A program made the position numbers and the translations under genes. The notes under the pieces are model-generated. The model was not told where the DNA came from. It saw only the letters and a program-made list of their open reading frames with translations, and did not search any database. From a candidate division WWE3 bacterium RAAC2_WWE3_1 (GTDB taxonomy: Bacteria > Patescibacteriota > WWE3 > UBA101185 > UBA10185), in NCBI GenBank assembly GCA_000503835.1, contig CP006914.1:157218-221217 (forward strand): a stretch of DNA of 64,000 nucleotides. Reading direction: 5' to 3'. This document shows positions 1 through 9,967 of this stretch, piece by piece (position 1 is the stretch's first letter; each line of letters begins with the position of its first letter).

Positions 1-2631
1 CCTAACTGTGGTAGAGAAATTCAGAGACAGAGCTCTACCGAAATAGCGCAAACAATTATAAAAATTATTTCCGAGCTTAAGGATTTTAAATCAGAAAAGG
101 GTGTGAGATTTTTTCTTTTTTCTCCGATTGTGAAAGACAGAAAAGGAGAATATTCGGCCCTGTTTGATAATTTGAAAAAACAGGGAATAGTAAGAGCGCG
201 GGTTGACGGCGACATCATGAGTCTGAAAGAACGTTTCGATTTAATAAAAACAAACAAACATACAATCGACGGACTAATTTCCAGGCATTCGGTGAATCAC
301 AAAAAGGTTGGGGACTCCGCAGACGCTAAAAATACTTTTTCAGAAATTTTCGCTTCGGTCGAAACCGCTTTGCGCTTAAGCAACGGAACCGTAATTCTGA
401 CTGTAATAAAAGATGCGTCATTCGATTTTCCGGAAAATCCAAAGGACACAGAAGATCATTTATTATCCGAAAACTTTGCGTGCCCGGTTTGTAATATTTC
501 TTTACCAGAGATCGAGCCCAGAACTTTTTCCTTCAACTCACCGCACGGAGCGTGTCAGGCGTGTGACGGTCTCGGTATGCAGTTAAGGGTAAATGAGGAC
601 GCGGTTGTTAATCCCAGGTTGTCTATTTCCGAGGGCGGTATTTTACCATGGCAGAGATTATTTGAGCACCAGACCTGGACGCAGAACGTAGTTAAAAAAG
701 TTGCTCAGGTATACGACTTTTCTCTCGACACACCTATCAAAGACCTTTCGAAAGACGCGATGAAAATAATTATGTACGGTGTCGGAGACAAGAGATTTAA
801 AGTTACTTACCGCGGACAATCAGGTCATGAGCATACATATGAAGCCGGCTTTGAAGGTGTGATACCCAATCTAATAAGACGTCATAAAGAAACCGATTCC
901 GACTACATTAGAAATGAGATCGAAAAATTTATGATAGACGAAGAGTGTCCGGTTTGTAACGGCTCGAGACTTAAGAAAGAATCTTTATCGGTAGTTATTG
1001 ATTCGAAAAGCATTACGGAAATTACCGGCATGTCTATAAAAGCCGGCATAGAGTGGGTGAGAAAACTGGATGCTGTTTTAACCGAAAGAGAGCATAAAAT
1101 TTCCGACGCGATACTTAAGGAAATTAATTACAGACTGCACTTTTTGAGAGACGTTGGTTTGGATTATTTAACACTCGCCCGGTCTTCATCTCAGTTGTCA
1201 GGGGGAGAGGCGCAGCGAATCCGTTTGGCTTCGCAGATAGGCTCGGGATTATCAGGAGTTTTATACGTTCTGGACGAACCTTCAATCGGTCTGCACCAAA
1301 AAGACCAGGGAAAACTTATCCGCACACTCCATCAGCTTAGAGATCTCGGTAATACGGTATTAGTTGTTGAGCACGACGCCGAAACAATGATGGAAAGCGA
1401 TTACATTTTTGATTTCGGTCCCGGCGCAGGCTCTGAAGGCGGAAAGGTTGTAGCGGAAGGCACACCTACAGAAATAATAAAAAACTCAAATTCTCTGACG
1501 GGAAAATACCTATCAGGAAAAATAATAGTGGGCAAGAACGATAGTAAGGGAAAGATGAAAGGCGAAATGTTTATGGATTTAGATCCCCTTCCGAAAGTAA
1601 CGAAGTCCGTCGAGGACAAGAAATTAGTTTTAAAAGGGTCGACCGGCAGAAATTTGAAAAACGTGGATCTTTCCATTCCATTAGGAAAATTTGTGTGCAT
1701 AACAGGTGTTTCAGGTTCAGGAAAATCTACCTTAATCATGGATACTTTGTACCAGGGTTTGAGGCAAAACTTTGGAATGAAGATAGATCAAAAACCTGAA
1801 CCGTTTAGGTCTCTCGAGGGAGTAGAGAATTTAACGAACATAATTGCCATTGACCAAAGTCCTATAGGAAGAACTCCAAAATCTAATCCCGCAACTTATA
1901 CAAAAGTGTTCGACCATATCAGGGATCTTTTTTCACAGACTCAGGAAGCCAGAGTTAGAGGATACGGACCGGGGCGTTTCAGCTTCAACGTTAAAGGCGG
2001 AAGATGTGAGGCTTGCGGCGGCGAAGGCCAGATAAAGATAGAGATGCAATTTATGCCCGACGTTTATGTTAATTGCGAAGTGTGCCAGGGAAAAAGATAC
2101 AACAGAGAAGCTTTGGAAATTAATTACAAGGGTAAAAATATCGCAGACGTCTTAGATATGACCGTCGAAGAAGCCCTGACTTTTTTTGAAAACATTCCGC
2201 AGATTAGAAGAAGGGTTGAAACTTTGTTCGATGTCGGGTTGGGGTATATAAAACTGGGACAGCCTGCGCCGACTCTATCCGGGGGAGAAGCCCAAAGAGT
2301 TAAGTTGTCTTTAGAACTTTCTAAAAGAGCAACGGGAAGTACCTTCTATATTCTCGACGAACCTACCACAGGGCTTCACTTTGCTGACCTGGAGAATCTT
2401 ATAACTATATTCAAACGTCTTACCTCTCGGGGAAACACTGTTGTTGTAATCGAGCACAATCTGGACGTCATAGACAACTGTGACTACGTTGTCGATCTTG
2501 GCCCCGACGGTGGTGACGCGGGGGGAAAAGTAATCTTTTCCGGCCCGTTGAATGAACTTAAAGCACACAAAACTTCTTACACGGCCCTAGCGTTGAGAGA
2601 ATCGTATAAAGGTCGGGTGCAAAAGTCTTAG
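1..2631 (+). CDS. uvrA: Excinuclease ABC subunit A (UvrA), 5'-truncated by window edge
   Basis: Frame 1 is open from nt 1 (PNCGREIQRQ... zinc-finger CxxC). Two ABC ATPase modules are present: Walker A GVSGSGKST, signature LSGGEAQR twice, and the Cys-rich CEACGGEGQ / CEVCQGKRY zinc modules. Stops at 2631. Confidence 0.95.
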   Translation, partial: PNCGREIQRQSSTEIAQTIIKIISELKDFKSEKGVRFFLFSPIVKDRKGEYSALFDNLKKQGIVRARVDGDIMSLKERFDLIKTNKHTIDGLISRHSVNHKKVGDSADAKNTFSEIFASVETALRLSNGTVILTVIKDASFDFPENPKDTEDHLLSENFACPVCNISLPEIEPRTFSFNSPHGACQACDGLGMQLRVNEDAVVNPRLSISEGGILPWQRLFEHQTWTQNVVKKVAQVYDFSLDTPIKDLSKDAMKIIMYGVGDKRFKVTYRGQSGHEHTYEAGFEGVIPNLIRRHKETDSDYIRNEIEKFMIDEECPVCNGSRLKKESLSVVIDSKSITEITGMSIKAGIEWVRKLDAVLTEREHKISDAILKEINYRLHFLRDVGLDYLTLARSSSQLSGGEAQRIRLASQIGSGLSGVLYVLDEPSIGLHQKDQGKLIRTLHQLRDLGNTVLVVEHDAETMMESDYIFDFGPGAGSEGGKVVAEGTPTEIIKNSNSLTGKYLSGKIIVGKNDSKGKMKGEMFMDLDPLPKVTKSVEDKKLVLKGSTGRNLKNVDLSIPLGKFVCITGVSGSGKSTLIMDTLYQGLRQNFGMKIDQKPEPFRSLEGVENLTNIIAIDQSPIGRTPKSNPATYTKVFDHIRDLFSQTQEARVRGYGPGRFSFNVKGGRCEACGGEGQIKIEMQFMPDVYVNCEVCQGKRYNREALEINYKGKNIADVLDMTVEEALTFFENIPQIRRRVETLFDVGLGYIKLGQPAPTLSGGEAQRVKLSLELSKRATGSTFYILDEPTTGLHFADLENLITIFKRLTSRGNTVVVIEHNLDVIDNCDYVVDLGPDGGDAGGKVIFSGPLNELKAHKTSYTALALRESYKGRVQKS

Positions 2632-4349
2632 AGTATTTTTACAGAGTAACTTTTATTACGGAAATCCTTGATTGTGACGTTCTTTTCTCCGTTTTTCAAA
2701 AATATTGCTTTTTTCTGACCCGGCGCCAGAGTTTTACCCTGCACATCGTAAATGAAATATCCGCTCGTATTGTCGAGGACATACCTTTGGTAACCTTGCA
2801 AAAGTTTTAACGGATTAAAATTAATAGTTTTGGCAGCACTTAATACCGGATTGAATGCCTCATCTGAATTAGAGAATCCGGAAAAATCGACATCTACCAA
2901 TTTTTCATTATCAGAGAAACTGTATGCTCCCGCCGGGTAGGGATATTCCGAGCTTTTACCTTTTATAACGAATGCAAAATGATTGGTGTCTAATTTTGTA
3001 AAATAATCAGTACCCGACGTTGTCCCCCATGTAGGATCTATCTGAACCCATCCGTAGAAGGGGTCGTAAAATTCCGCCCATGCATGCAAAGTGTCCCCGC
3101 CTTTCAAGCTGATCGAAATAGGTTTTTCGACATTATCGTTAGTGAAAGCGTAACCGTTGATTTCCCGGGCAGGTATCCCCATTGCTCTTGCAGCTGCCAC
3201 AAAAAGATCTGTGAATTCCATACATGTAAATGAACCGCGCTGTGTTAATGCCGCGACCGCACCCTTTCTTGTTACCAGACTTTGGTTCGCCGCGGCCTGA
3301 TCATAGGTTAAATTTGAGGTTATGTAATCGTAGACGCGCTTGGCGTTTTGGGAAACATTCAGTTCAGGGTCAAAAAGCGAGGACGCAAAATTCTTGATCT
3401 CATCGTTATCGGTTTCCCAATACTTTTGTTTTTTCGTATACTCGCGGATTAGATCTTTAGGAAGGTCTGCTAACTTCCCCCCGAACTCAGGATTTATCTG
3501 CCTGCCTAAAATTTTTGCAGAACCCGTAAGTGTAATTTCCAAACGTTTTTTCGGCCCGACCCAAAATAGTGCCAAAGCGTTACCGTCTTTGTCCAGCCTT
3601 ATCTTTCTCGGTTTCGGGTCGATGGACGCGTATCTTACCTGCTGAATATTTTGAATATCCGGTGGAAGGGCGACCTCGTACACCGTTCCCAAGATTCTGT
3701 TATTTTCCAGCTGGTATTTAATGCGAAAATTAAGAGATTGGTATTTCCCGAACGCTGCTGTTACCCCCTTAGCAGAAAAACTTTCTTTAGCAAAATAGTA
3801 TGTATTCTTTCCGTTCTCAAATTTTTCCGTCACGGGTGCAGGTGAAACAAATATCTTCGGTCCCATAGAGGCGGGAATAGAGAGGACGATGTTGTAAACG
3901 GTCGTTGTTTCAGGAGTATCGATGCCCTGAATGTAAATGTTCCAGACATCTCCCATTCTTGAGGCGACCCCCTTTGTTTTGTACGTCATGGACACAACAT
4001 TTTGTTTGCCTTCGCCTATAGAATAGGTAGAGAAGGGAACAGTAATAACGGTTTCGTTTTTTCCGGGCATTTCTTTACGAGCCTCCGTTTTTTTTCCGTT
4101 GGTTTGTGCAACTATGTCGTAAATATCGAGGTACTTAGTTTTAAAGGAGTAAGTGGTTGGTACCACATCGTTCTTCAAACTGGTTATTGTAGTGTTTTGA
4201 GATACTAAAGTTTCACCGGAATCCTGAACATCGTACCTGATATCGTAGTTGATTATGAAATTTTCCTCGGTTTGCGCTCCTGTTACCGGAGATACTATTA
4301 TGGCTATTGCAACGACCAACCAGTATTTTGCCAAACCCTTTGCGGACAT
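2628..4349 (-). CDS. Secreted/anchored transglutaminase-like cysteine protease domain protein
   Basis: N-terminal signal/TM (WLVVAIAIIVSPVTGAQ). C-terminal transglutaminase-core Cys-His-Asp arrangement (GSFTCMEF ... LHAWAEF ... QIDPTW). Confidence 0.7.
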   Translation of the reverse strand: MSAKGLAKYWLVVAIAIIVSPVTGAQTEENFIINYDIRYDVQDSGETLVSQNTTITSLKNDVVPTTYSFKTKYLDIYDIVAQTNGKKTEARKEMPGKNETVITVPFSTYSIGEGKQNVVSMTYKTKGVASRMGDVWNIYIQGIDTPETTTVYNIVLSIPASMGPKIFVSPAPVTEKFENGKNTYYFAKESFSAKGVTAAFGKYQSLNFRIKYQLENNRILGTVYEVALPPDIQNIQQVRYASIDPKPRKIRLDKDGNALALFWVGPKKRLEITLTGSAKILGRQINPEFGGKLADLPKDLIREYTKKQKYWETDNDEIKNFASSLFDPELNVSQNAKRVYDYITSNLTYDQAAANQSLVTRKGAVAALTQRGSFTCMEFTDLFVAAARAMGIPAREINGYAFTNDNVEKPISISLKGGDTLHAWAEFYDPFYGWVQIDPTWGTTSGTDYFTKLDTNHFAFVIKGKSSEYPYPAGAYSFSDNEKLVDVDFSGFSNSDEAFNPVLSAAKTINFNPLKLLQGYQRYVLDNTSGYFIYDVQGKTLAPGQKKAIFLKNGEKNVTIKDFRNKSYSVKIL

Positions 4350-5727
4350 GGGTAAATGCTACAATAACTTCGTGGTTTCCTCAAATCTAAATGAAAAACT
4401 GAAGCGTATGCCTACGACGCCGGGCGTCTATATATATGAAGATGCCGAAGGAAAGATTATATACGTCGGTAAGGCTAAGAATCTAAGATCAAGGGTATCT
4501 TCCTATTTCCGCCTGACCCTGGACAGGTCATCCAAGACCTTCGCTTTGGTGGAAAAGATAAATAATATGCGTTTTATCGAGGTGGAAAGTGAACTGGAAG
4601 CACTGATACTTGAGGCAGAGCTCATAAAAAAACACATGCCGCAATTCAATATCAGTTTAAAGGACGACAAATCTTATCTGTACGTCGGCATAAAATCGGA
4701 AAAGATAAATGTTGACGGTAAACTTACAAATGTTCAGAAGATTGAAACTTTCAGAAAACCGGATACTCAAAAATACCGGTATTATTACGGTCCTTTTCCT
4801 GACGGAAGATCGGTAAGACAGTTGGTGAGAACCCTGCGCAAAATATTTCCGTTCAGGGACTGCAGTATTGCTAAATACGAAAAATATAAAAAATTGAAAG
4901 CGCCCTGCTTGTATGGTCATCTAAACCTGTGTCCCGCACCATGCGTTAACGGTTCCGGTGTCCTGGCTTTGTACCGCAGCAACATAAAGACCGTAAACAG
5001 CATATTGTCCGGAAAAACATCAAAACTTCTCAACACTCTTGAAAAACAAATGAAGGATTACTCTTCGGCTGAGAACTTTGAGAAAGCCGCCTCACTAAGG
5101 GATACGCTCCGAAAATTCCAATATGTTCGACAAAGCTTTCGTCTTCCCGGTGAATATATAGAGAATCCGTATCTGCTGGATGATATAGCAAAAACAGCTC
5201 TGGAAGATCTGGTCAGTACTGTGCCCGTGCTTAAGGAATTACCGACAAGAATAGAATGTTATGACATTTCAAACATCTCGGGTAGGGAGGCCGTGGGCTC
5301 TATGGTCGTCGCGCTCAACGGACGGATCGATAAACGGGAGTATAAGCGTTTTAAGATAAAAGCAAAAAGTACGCCGGACGACTTTTTCATGCTTTACGAA
5401 GTTTTATACAGAAGACTTTCACACGAGATTGATCCGAAGAAAAAAAGCTGGGGCCTTCCGTCGCTGATTGTTTTGGACGGGGGGAAAGGTCAGTTGTCTT
5501 CGGGGATGGAAGTTCTGACCAAGTTAAATTTAGATATACCGATGATAGGGCTCGCCAAGAGGGAAGAGACGGTTGTATATTACAATAACGGTTTTCACGA
5601 GACTTTGCCCGACACAGGCAGTCCCGGAATGCGGCTCCTGATAAATCTAAGAGATGAGAGTCACAGGTTTGCCCGGAAATATCACCACATACTTCGGAGC
5701 AGGAAAATCTTTGGTGCGGTGAAATAA
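4348..5727 (+). CDS. uvrC: Excinuclease ABC subunit C-like (GIY-YIG plus UvrC endonuclease domain, no C-terminal HhH)
   Basis: GIY-YIG motif PGVYIYEDAEGKIIYVGKAKNLRSRVSSYF. UvrC C-terminal RNaseH-like domain LDGGKGQLSSG...IGLAKREE. The ORF-track start at 4249 overlaps the upstream gene, so the ATG at 4348 is preferred; 4408 is also possible. Confidence 0.85.
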   Translation: MGKCYNNFVVSSNLNEKLKRMPTTPGVYIYEDAEGKIIYVGKAKNLRSRVSSYFRLTLDRSSKTFALVEKINNMRFIEVESELEALILEAELIKKHMPQFNISLKDDKSYLYVGIKSEKINVDGKLTNVQKIETFRKPDTQKYRYYYGPFPDGRSVRQLVRTLRKIFPFRDCSIAKYEKYKKLKAPCLYGHLNLCPAPCVNGSGVLALYRSNIKTVNSILSGKTSKLLNTLEKQMKDYSSAENFEKAASLRDTLRKFQYVRQSFRLPGEYIENPYLLDDIAKTALEDLVSTVPVLKELPTRIECYDISNISGREAVGSMVVALNGRIDKREYKRFKIKAKSTPDDFFMLYEVLYRRLSHEIDPKKKSWGLPSLIVLDGGKGQLSSGMEVLTKLNLDIPMIGLAKREETVVYYNNGFHETLPDTGSPGMRLLINLRDESHRFARKYHHILRSRKIFGAVK

Positions 5728-5746
5728 AAACGCTATAATTTAAGGC

Positions 5747-6157
5747 ATGAGGGGTATTCTAAGGACTTTAACTTTTGTGCTGATTTCGTTACTTTCGGCA
5801 AATTACGTTCTTTCTTCCCTGTTCTACGGCAGTGACAAAAAGACCTTTTTTATGGTGGCTCTGGCGCTTACGCTCTTGTTCTACCTCGGTAAACCCCTTT
5901 TAGCTACGTTTGGTTTGCCGACAAAAGGCGTAGGATTTTTGTTTATTGCGACGATACTATCTACACTGACCATCTATGTTCTCACGATTTTTTTACCTGA
6001 TTTCACCATAATGGAGACGACCCTGTCGGATTTGATTATTTTCGGCATTATGCTACCATCGAAAAGCCTGACAGCCTTTTGGTCTGTCTTATTTTCTGCC
6101 TTTATCATCTCTATGGTATATACTTTCTTCGAATGGCTGTGCTTGTCTAAAAAATAA
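5747..6157 (+). CDS. Hypothetical polytopic membrane protein
   Basis: 136 aa, about 4 hydrophobic helices, no recognisable motif. Confidence 0.45.
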   Translation: MRGILRTLTFVLISLLSANYVLSSLFYGSDKKTFFMVALALTLLFYLGKPLLATFGLPTKGVGFLFIATILSTLTIYVLTIFLPDFTIMETTLSDLIIFGIMLPSKSLTAFWSVLFSAFIISMVYTFFEWLCLSKK

Positions 6158-6158
6158 T

Positions 6159-6377
6159 ATGATAGCTTTATTTAAAACAATGCAAATTATAATTTCGGTA
6201 GTTCTGGTTTTGTTGATTCTTATCCAGACAAAGAACGCCGGGCTTTCGTCAGGCCTGAAAAACTCGTTTACAGCCTACAGGTCGCTGAGAGGCGTCGAAA
6301 AAGCAGTTTTCGTCTTAACCGCAGTACTGGGTGTTCTTCTTGTAGCAAATTCGTTTTTGCTAATTAAATTATCCTGA
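6159..6377 (+). CDS. secG: Preprotein translocase subunit SecG-like
   Basis: 72 aa, two TM helices, with ILIQTKNAGLSSGL resembling the SecG Gly-rich loop. It sits directly upstream of the dcw genes. Confidence 0.55.
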   Translation: MIALFKTMQIIISVVLVLLILIQTKNAGLSSGLKNSFTAYRSLRGVEKAVFVLTAVLGVLLVANSFLLIKLS

Positions 6378-6378
6378 T

Positions 6379-7704
6379 ATGAGTACCGTAATAATTGAAG
6401 GCGGTTCTCCGTTGCTCGGTACTGTTCAGGTTTCTGGTACCAGAAATTCCGCGCTTAAGTTGATGGCCGCCGCCATGTTCTCGAACGACGATGTTATCCT
6501 TCAAAATGTTCCCAAAATCGATGTTGTAGAAGACGACATAAAAATGATTAGGATTCTTGGGGGTAGAGCTGATTGGGCAGGGGCAGGCCGGGTTATTCTT
6601 AACGGTTCCGATATAACTTCCTACGAGGTGCCTTTGGAAACGGGTTCAAAGTACAGAACGTCTCTGCTTATGGCGCCCCCTCTACTTTTCCGATTCGGAA
6701 AAGCTTCCATACCGAAATATAAGACACGCCTTAGTGTTCCTAGACCGGTGAACAGAATACTGGAAGTGTGGAAGAGTCTTGGTATAACCATTGAAGAAGA
6801 TGAGGATTACTATTTTATATCCTCCGCTAATGCCTCCTCCGGCCATGTTAATTTTAAGATACCGAGCCACATGTCAACCGATGTTTTAATAATGACGGCA
6901 GCCTTTCTCCCCGGCGAAACCGAAATAAACAATGCTTCGGAAGAAAGTGAAATAGATGATCTTATAGATCTTATGAATGCGATGGGCGGGAACGTCGTAC
7001 GTTCGGAGCCGCGCCTAATAAAAGTGAACGGAGTAAATATATTTAAAGGCGCGTCCGTGGAAGTACAGCCGGATAAAACCGAAGCGGTCGTGTTTTCAAT
7101 AGCGGCTTTGATTACCAAAGGAAACGTTGTAATTAAGAATATAAACAGAAATATTATGGTTCCGCTGGTAAATTTTTTAACGAAAATCGGAGCCAGGTAT
7201 GAGTTCGAGCAAAATTCTATAAAGATTTGGCGGCACGATGAGGAACTTCAGGCTATGAACCTTACTATTGCGCCGACCCCGGGTTTTGTACCCGACTGGC
7301 AATCTGCCGCGACACTCCTTTTAACCCAATGCAACGGGACATCATATATTCACGATACTGTGTACACTGACCGGTTCGGGTACACTAAGGATCTGAACAG
7401 AATGGGTGCTAAGATAGAATTATTAAGGCCTTCCGAGGCCGGCATCTCTTATGTTATTAGTGACGACACCTATGATGTTGACAGATTGGGGGAGCCGTAT
7501 ACGGTAGCCAAAACGAACGGTCCTGTAAAATTAAAAGGTGAAAAGATGAATATTACGGATTTTAGATATGGTACCGTGCATGTTCTGGCCGCGCTGGCCG
7601 CCGAGGGTCGAAGTGAGATTGAGGGGAGCGACATTCTTGATTGTTACATAGAAAATTTTATGCTGAAACTTAAAAATTTAGGAGCGAAGATATGGGATCA
7701 ATAG
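6379..7704 (+). CDS. murA: UDP-N-acetylglucosamine 1-carboxyvinyltransferase
   Basis: EPSP-synthase-fold N-terminus GGSPLLGTVQVSGTRNSALKLMAAA typical of MurA. 441 aa. Confidence 0.88.
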   Translation: MSTVIIEGGSPLLGTVQVSGTRNSALKLMAAAMFSNDDVILQNVPKIDVVEDDIKMIRILGGRADWAGAGRVILNGSDITSYEVPLETGSKYRTSLLMAPPLLFRFGKASIPKYKTRLSVPRPVNRILEVWKSLGITIEEDEDYYFISSANASSGHVNFKIPSHMSTDVLIMTAAFLPGETEINNASEESEIDDLIDLMNAMGGNVVRSEPRLIKVNGVNIFKGASVEVQPDKTEAVVFSIAALITKGNVVIKNINRNIMVPLVNFLTKIGARYEFEQNSIKIWRHDEELQAMNLTIAPTPGFVPDWQSAATLLLTQCNGTSYIHDTVYTDRFGYTKDLNRMGAKIELLRPSEAGISYVISDDTYDVDRLGEPYTVAKTNGPVKLKGEKMNITDFRYGTVHVLAALAAEGRSEIEGSDILDCYIENFMLKLKNLGAKIWDQ

Positions 7705-8795
7705 GAATAATGGTGGATCTTTTATTTTTATTTGCTGCGGGATTACTTTCTTTTGTACTGTATCCCGTTTGGATAAATTTTGTTTATAAATTTCAGATGG
7801 GGGAAGAAGTACGTGAAGATGCGCCTAAGACACATTTACTGAAGATCGGTACCCCGACAATGGGTGGTCTGGTCCTGGTGTCGGTGGTTGCCGTTTTGAC
7901 TTTGCTGTTCAACCGCTCCCGAACCCAAACTCTGCTCCCTATATTTGTTGCTCTGATGGCCGGATTGCTGGGACTTTTTGAAGATTTTACCAAGGTATAC
8001 AGAAAATCCGGACTGCCGGGATTTTTTGAGTACCACTTCCGCGGAGTTTTTAAAAGAAAAAACGTACATCCGAAAGGAATTTTGGGTTTTATTTTAAAGC
8101 CGTGGCTGTATTTCAAGGAATTTTGGCGCATTGTGGGAAGTACTGATGCGAGCGGTATGCAGACGTACAAAAAATTTATAATCCAGGGTCTGATCGGAGG
8201 TTTTGTAGCTTACTGGGTGTATTTCAAACTGGGGTGGGACTATCTCTGGTTTCCATTGATAGGAGATGTACATATAGGTTTCTTTTATCCGATTGTTGTA
8301 TTTTTACTGTTTATAGTTATATTGAACGCCGTAGCTTTTACCGACGGCCTTGACGGTTTGGCCGGAGGGCTTTCGTTATTCGCATTCATATCCTTTTGGG
8401 CTGTGTCACGGGTGCTCGGGTACAATTCGATTGCGATATTTTGTGCCACTTTTGCAGGTGCCTTACTTCCCTTTTTGTATTTTAATGTTTATCCCGCGAG
8501 GATATTTATGGGAAATGTGGGGTCGCACGTTCTGGGCGGTACACTGGCGTTGCTGGCGGTTTTCCTGCATCGTGAGGTAGCCTTCCTTTTAATCGGCGCC
8601 GTATTTTTATTCGATGGGATAAGCAGTCCTCTCCAGCAGCTTTCGGTGAAGCTTACAAAAAAGAGGCTGTTCCGTTTTGCTCCCGTTCACCACCATTTCG
8701 AACTACTCGGCTGGCCCGAGACAAAAGTTACCCTGAGATTCTGGCTATTCGGCGCATTTTTCGCTTTCGCCGGAATTTTCATTGCCCTGATGTAA
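7692..8795 (+). CDS. mraY: Phospho-N-acetylmuramoyl-pentapeptide transferase
   Basis: NAVAFTDGLDGLAGG and HHHFELLGW motifs, polytopic membrane protein. Confidence 0.92.
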   Translation: MGSIGIMVDLLFLFAAGLLSFVLYPVWINFVYKFQMGEEVREDAPKTHLLKIGTPTMGGLVLVSVVAVLTLLFNRSRTQTLLPIFVALMAGLLGLFEDFTKVYRKSGLPGFFEYHFRGVFKRKNVHPKGILGFILKPWLYFKEFWRIVGSTDASGMQTYKKFIIQGLIGGFVAYWVYFKLGWDYLWFPLIGDVHIGFFYPIVVFLLFIVILNAVAFTDGLDGLAGGLSLFAFISFWAVSRVLGYNSIAIFCATFAGALLPFLYFNVYPARIFMGNVGSHVLGGTLALLAVFLHREVAFLLIGAVFLFDGISSPLQQLSVKLTKKRLFRFAPVHHHFELLGWPETKVTLRFWLFGAFFAFAGIFIALM

Positions 8796-8800
8796 GAATT

Positions 8801-9967
8801 ATGAAACCAAAAACTGTCCCTACAATGAGTAAAAAAGACAGATCCTTCGTGTTCCTGATACTGGGTTTTCTTCTCTTTGGAATAATTATTATTGCTGATT
8901 CCACAATTATTCACTCCGACAGTTTGTACAACGATCCATATAGATTTGTATTTCTTCAGGTTGGGTGGGTTCTCATGGGTTTGTTGGGGTTCTTTTTTTT
9001 CTATAAGCACGATTACAAAAAAATAGATAAAATTGCAGGGCTGATGTTCGGTGTGACCGTTATTTTTCTGTTGCTGTTGGCTTTCGTTGCGGTTCTTCCG
9101 TGCTCATCCGATATATTTTTCGCGCCCTGTATAAACGGTGCAAACCGGTGGTTTTACCTTAACGCCCCGCCCCTGCCGAAGTTGCCTTTACTTGGTGTTG
9201 TGGGATTTCAGCCGGGTGAGCTGGCCAAGCTCACATTAATAATGTATCTGGGAATAATGCTCCCAAAAAAAATACAGGAAAACAGAAACGTATTTAGTGT
9301 GTACGCGGTAGTAACGGGCCTCTTATTTTTACTCGTGATAGCACAGCCTAATATGTCTACAGCTGTCATGGTCGCGGCTATAGGAACTGTTGTATATTTT
9401 TCTTCCGGTGCTGCCGTCAAACCCCTGCTGGTTGTTGCCCCCGCAGCGCTCCTGTTGGGTGTTCTACTAATACTCAGTTCGCCGTACCGAAGAGAAAGGT
9501 GGCTTACCCAATTAAGAGGCTCCGGCAGTAACGACCGGGACGAGGGATATCACATAAAGCAGGTTCAGATCGCGCTTGGCTCGGGCGGCCTTTTCGGAGT
9601 GGGGTTCGGACAATCCCGCCAAAAGTATTATTACCTTCCCGAGGTTGCTTCAGACTCGATATTCGCGATAATAGGAGAGGAGTTCGGGTTTTTAGGTACT
9701 GCCTTGGTGATAGCGGCCTTTTCTTATTTAATTTATAGGGGATTCGAGATAGCCAAAAATGCAAAAACACTGAGAGGACGGTTGCTGGCGTCGGGTGTTA
9801 CTTCCTGGATAGGTCTCCAGTTTTTTGTGAACATCGGTGCCATGACACAACTTTTACCTTTGACCGGCGTCCCGATACCTTTGATATCTTATGGCGGGTC
9901 AAGCATGGTCTTCAGTTTGATGGGACTTGGCATCTTGGCTAATATTGGTAAGGAGACTTTAAAATGA
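8801..9967 (+). CDS. ftsW: SEDS-family peptidoglycan glycosyltransferase FtsW/RodA
   Basis: 10-TM profile and C-terminal PLISYGGSSMVFSLMGLGIL motif. Confidence 0.9.
   Translation: MKPKTVPTMSKKDRSFVFLILGFLLFGIIIIADSTIIHSDSLYNDPYRFVFLQVGWVLMGLLGFFFFYKHDYKKIDKIAGLMFGVTVIFLLLLAFVAVLPCSSDIFFAPCINGANRWFYLNAPPLPKLPLLGVVGFQPGELAKLTLIMYLGIMLPKKIQENRNVFSVYAVVTGLLFLLVIAQPNMSTAVMVAAIGTVVYFSSGAAVKPLLVVAPAALLLGVLLILSSPYRRERWLTQLRGSGSNDRDEGYHIKQVQIALGSGGLFGVGFGQSRQKYYYLPEVASDSIFAIIGEEFGFLGTALVIAAFSYLIYRGFEIAKNAKTLRGRLLASGVTSWIGLQFFVNIGAMTQLLPLTGVPIPLISYGGSSMVFSLMGLGILANIGKETLK

Noticed and set aside
1401-1739. Numerous 60-140 aa antisense or out-of-frame ORFs inside uvrA, ftsZ, nrdJ, ileS, gatB, clpC etc.
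   Set aside because: Fully contained within strongly supported conserved genes on the opposite strand or another frame. Low-complexity translations.
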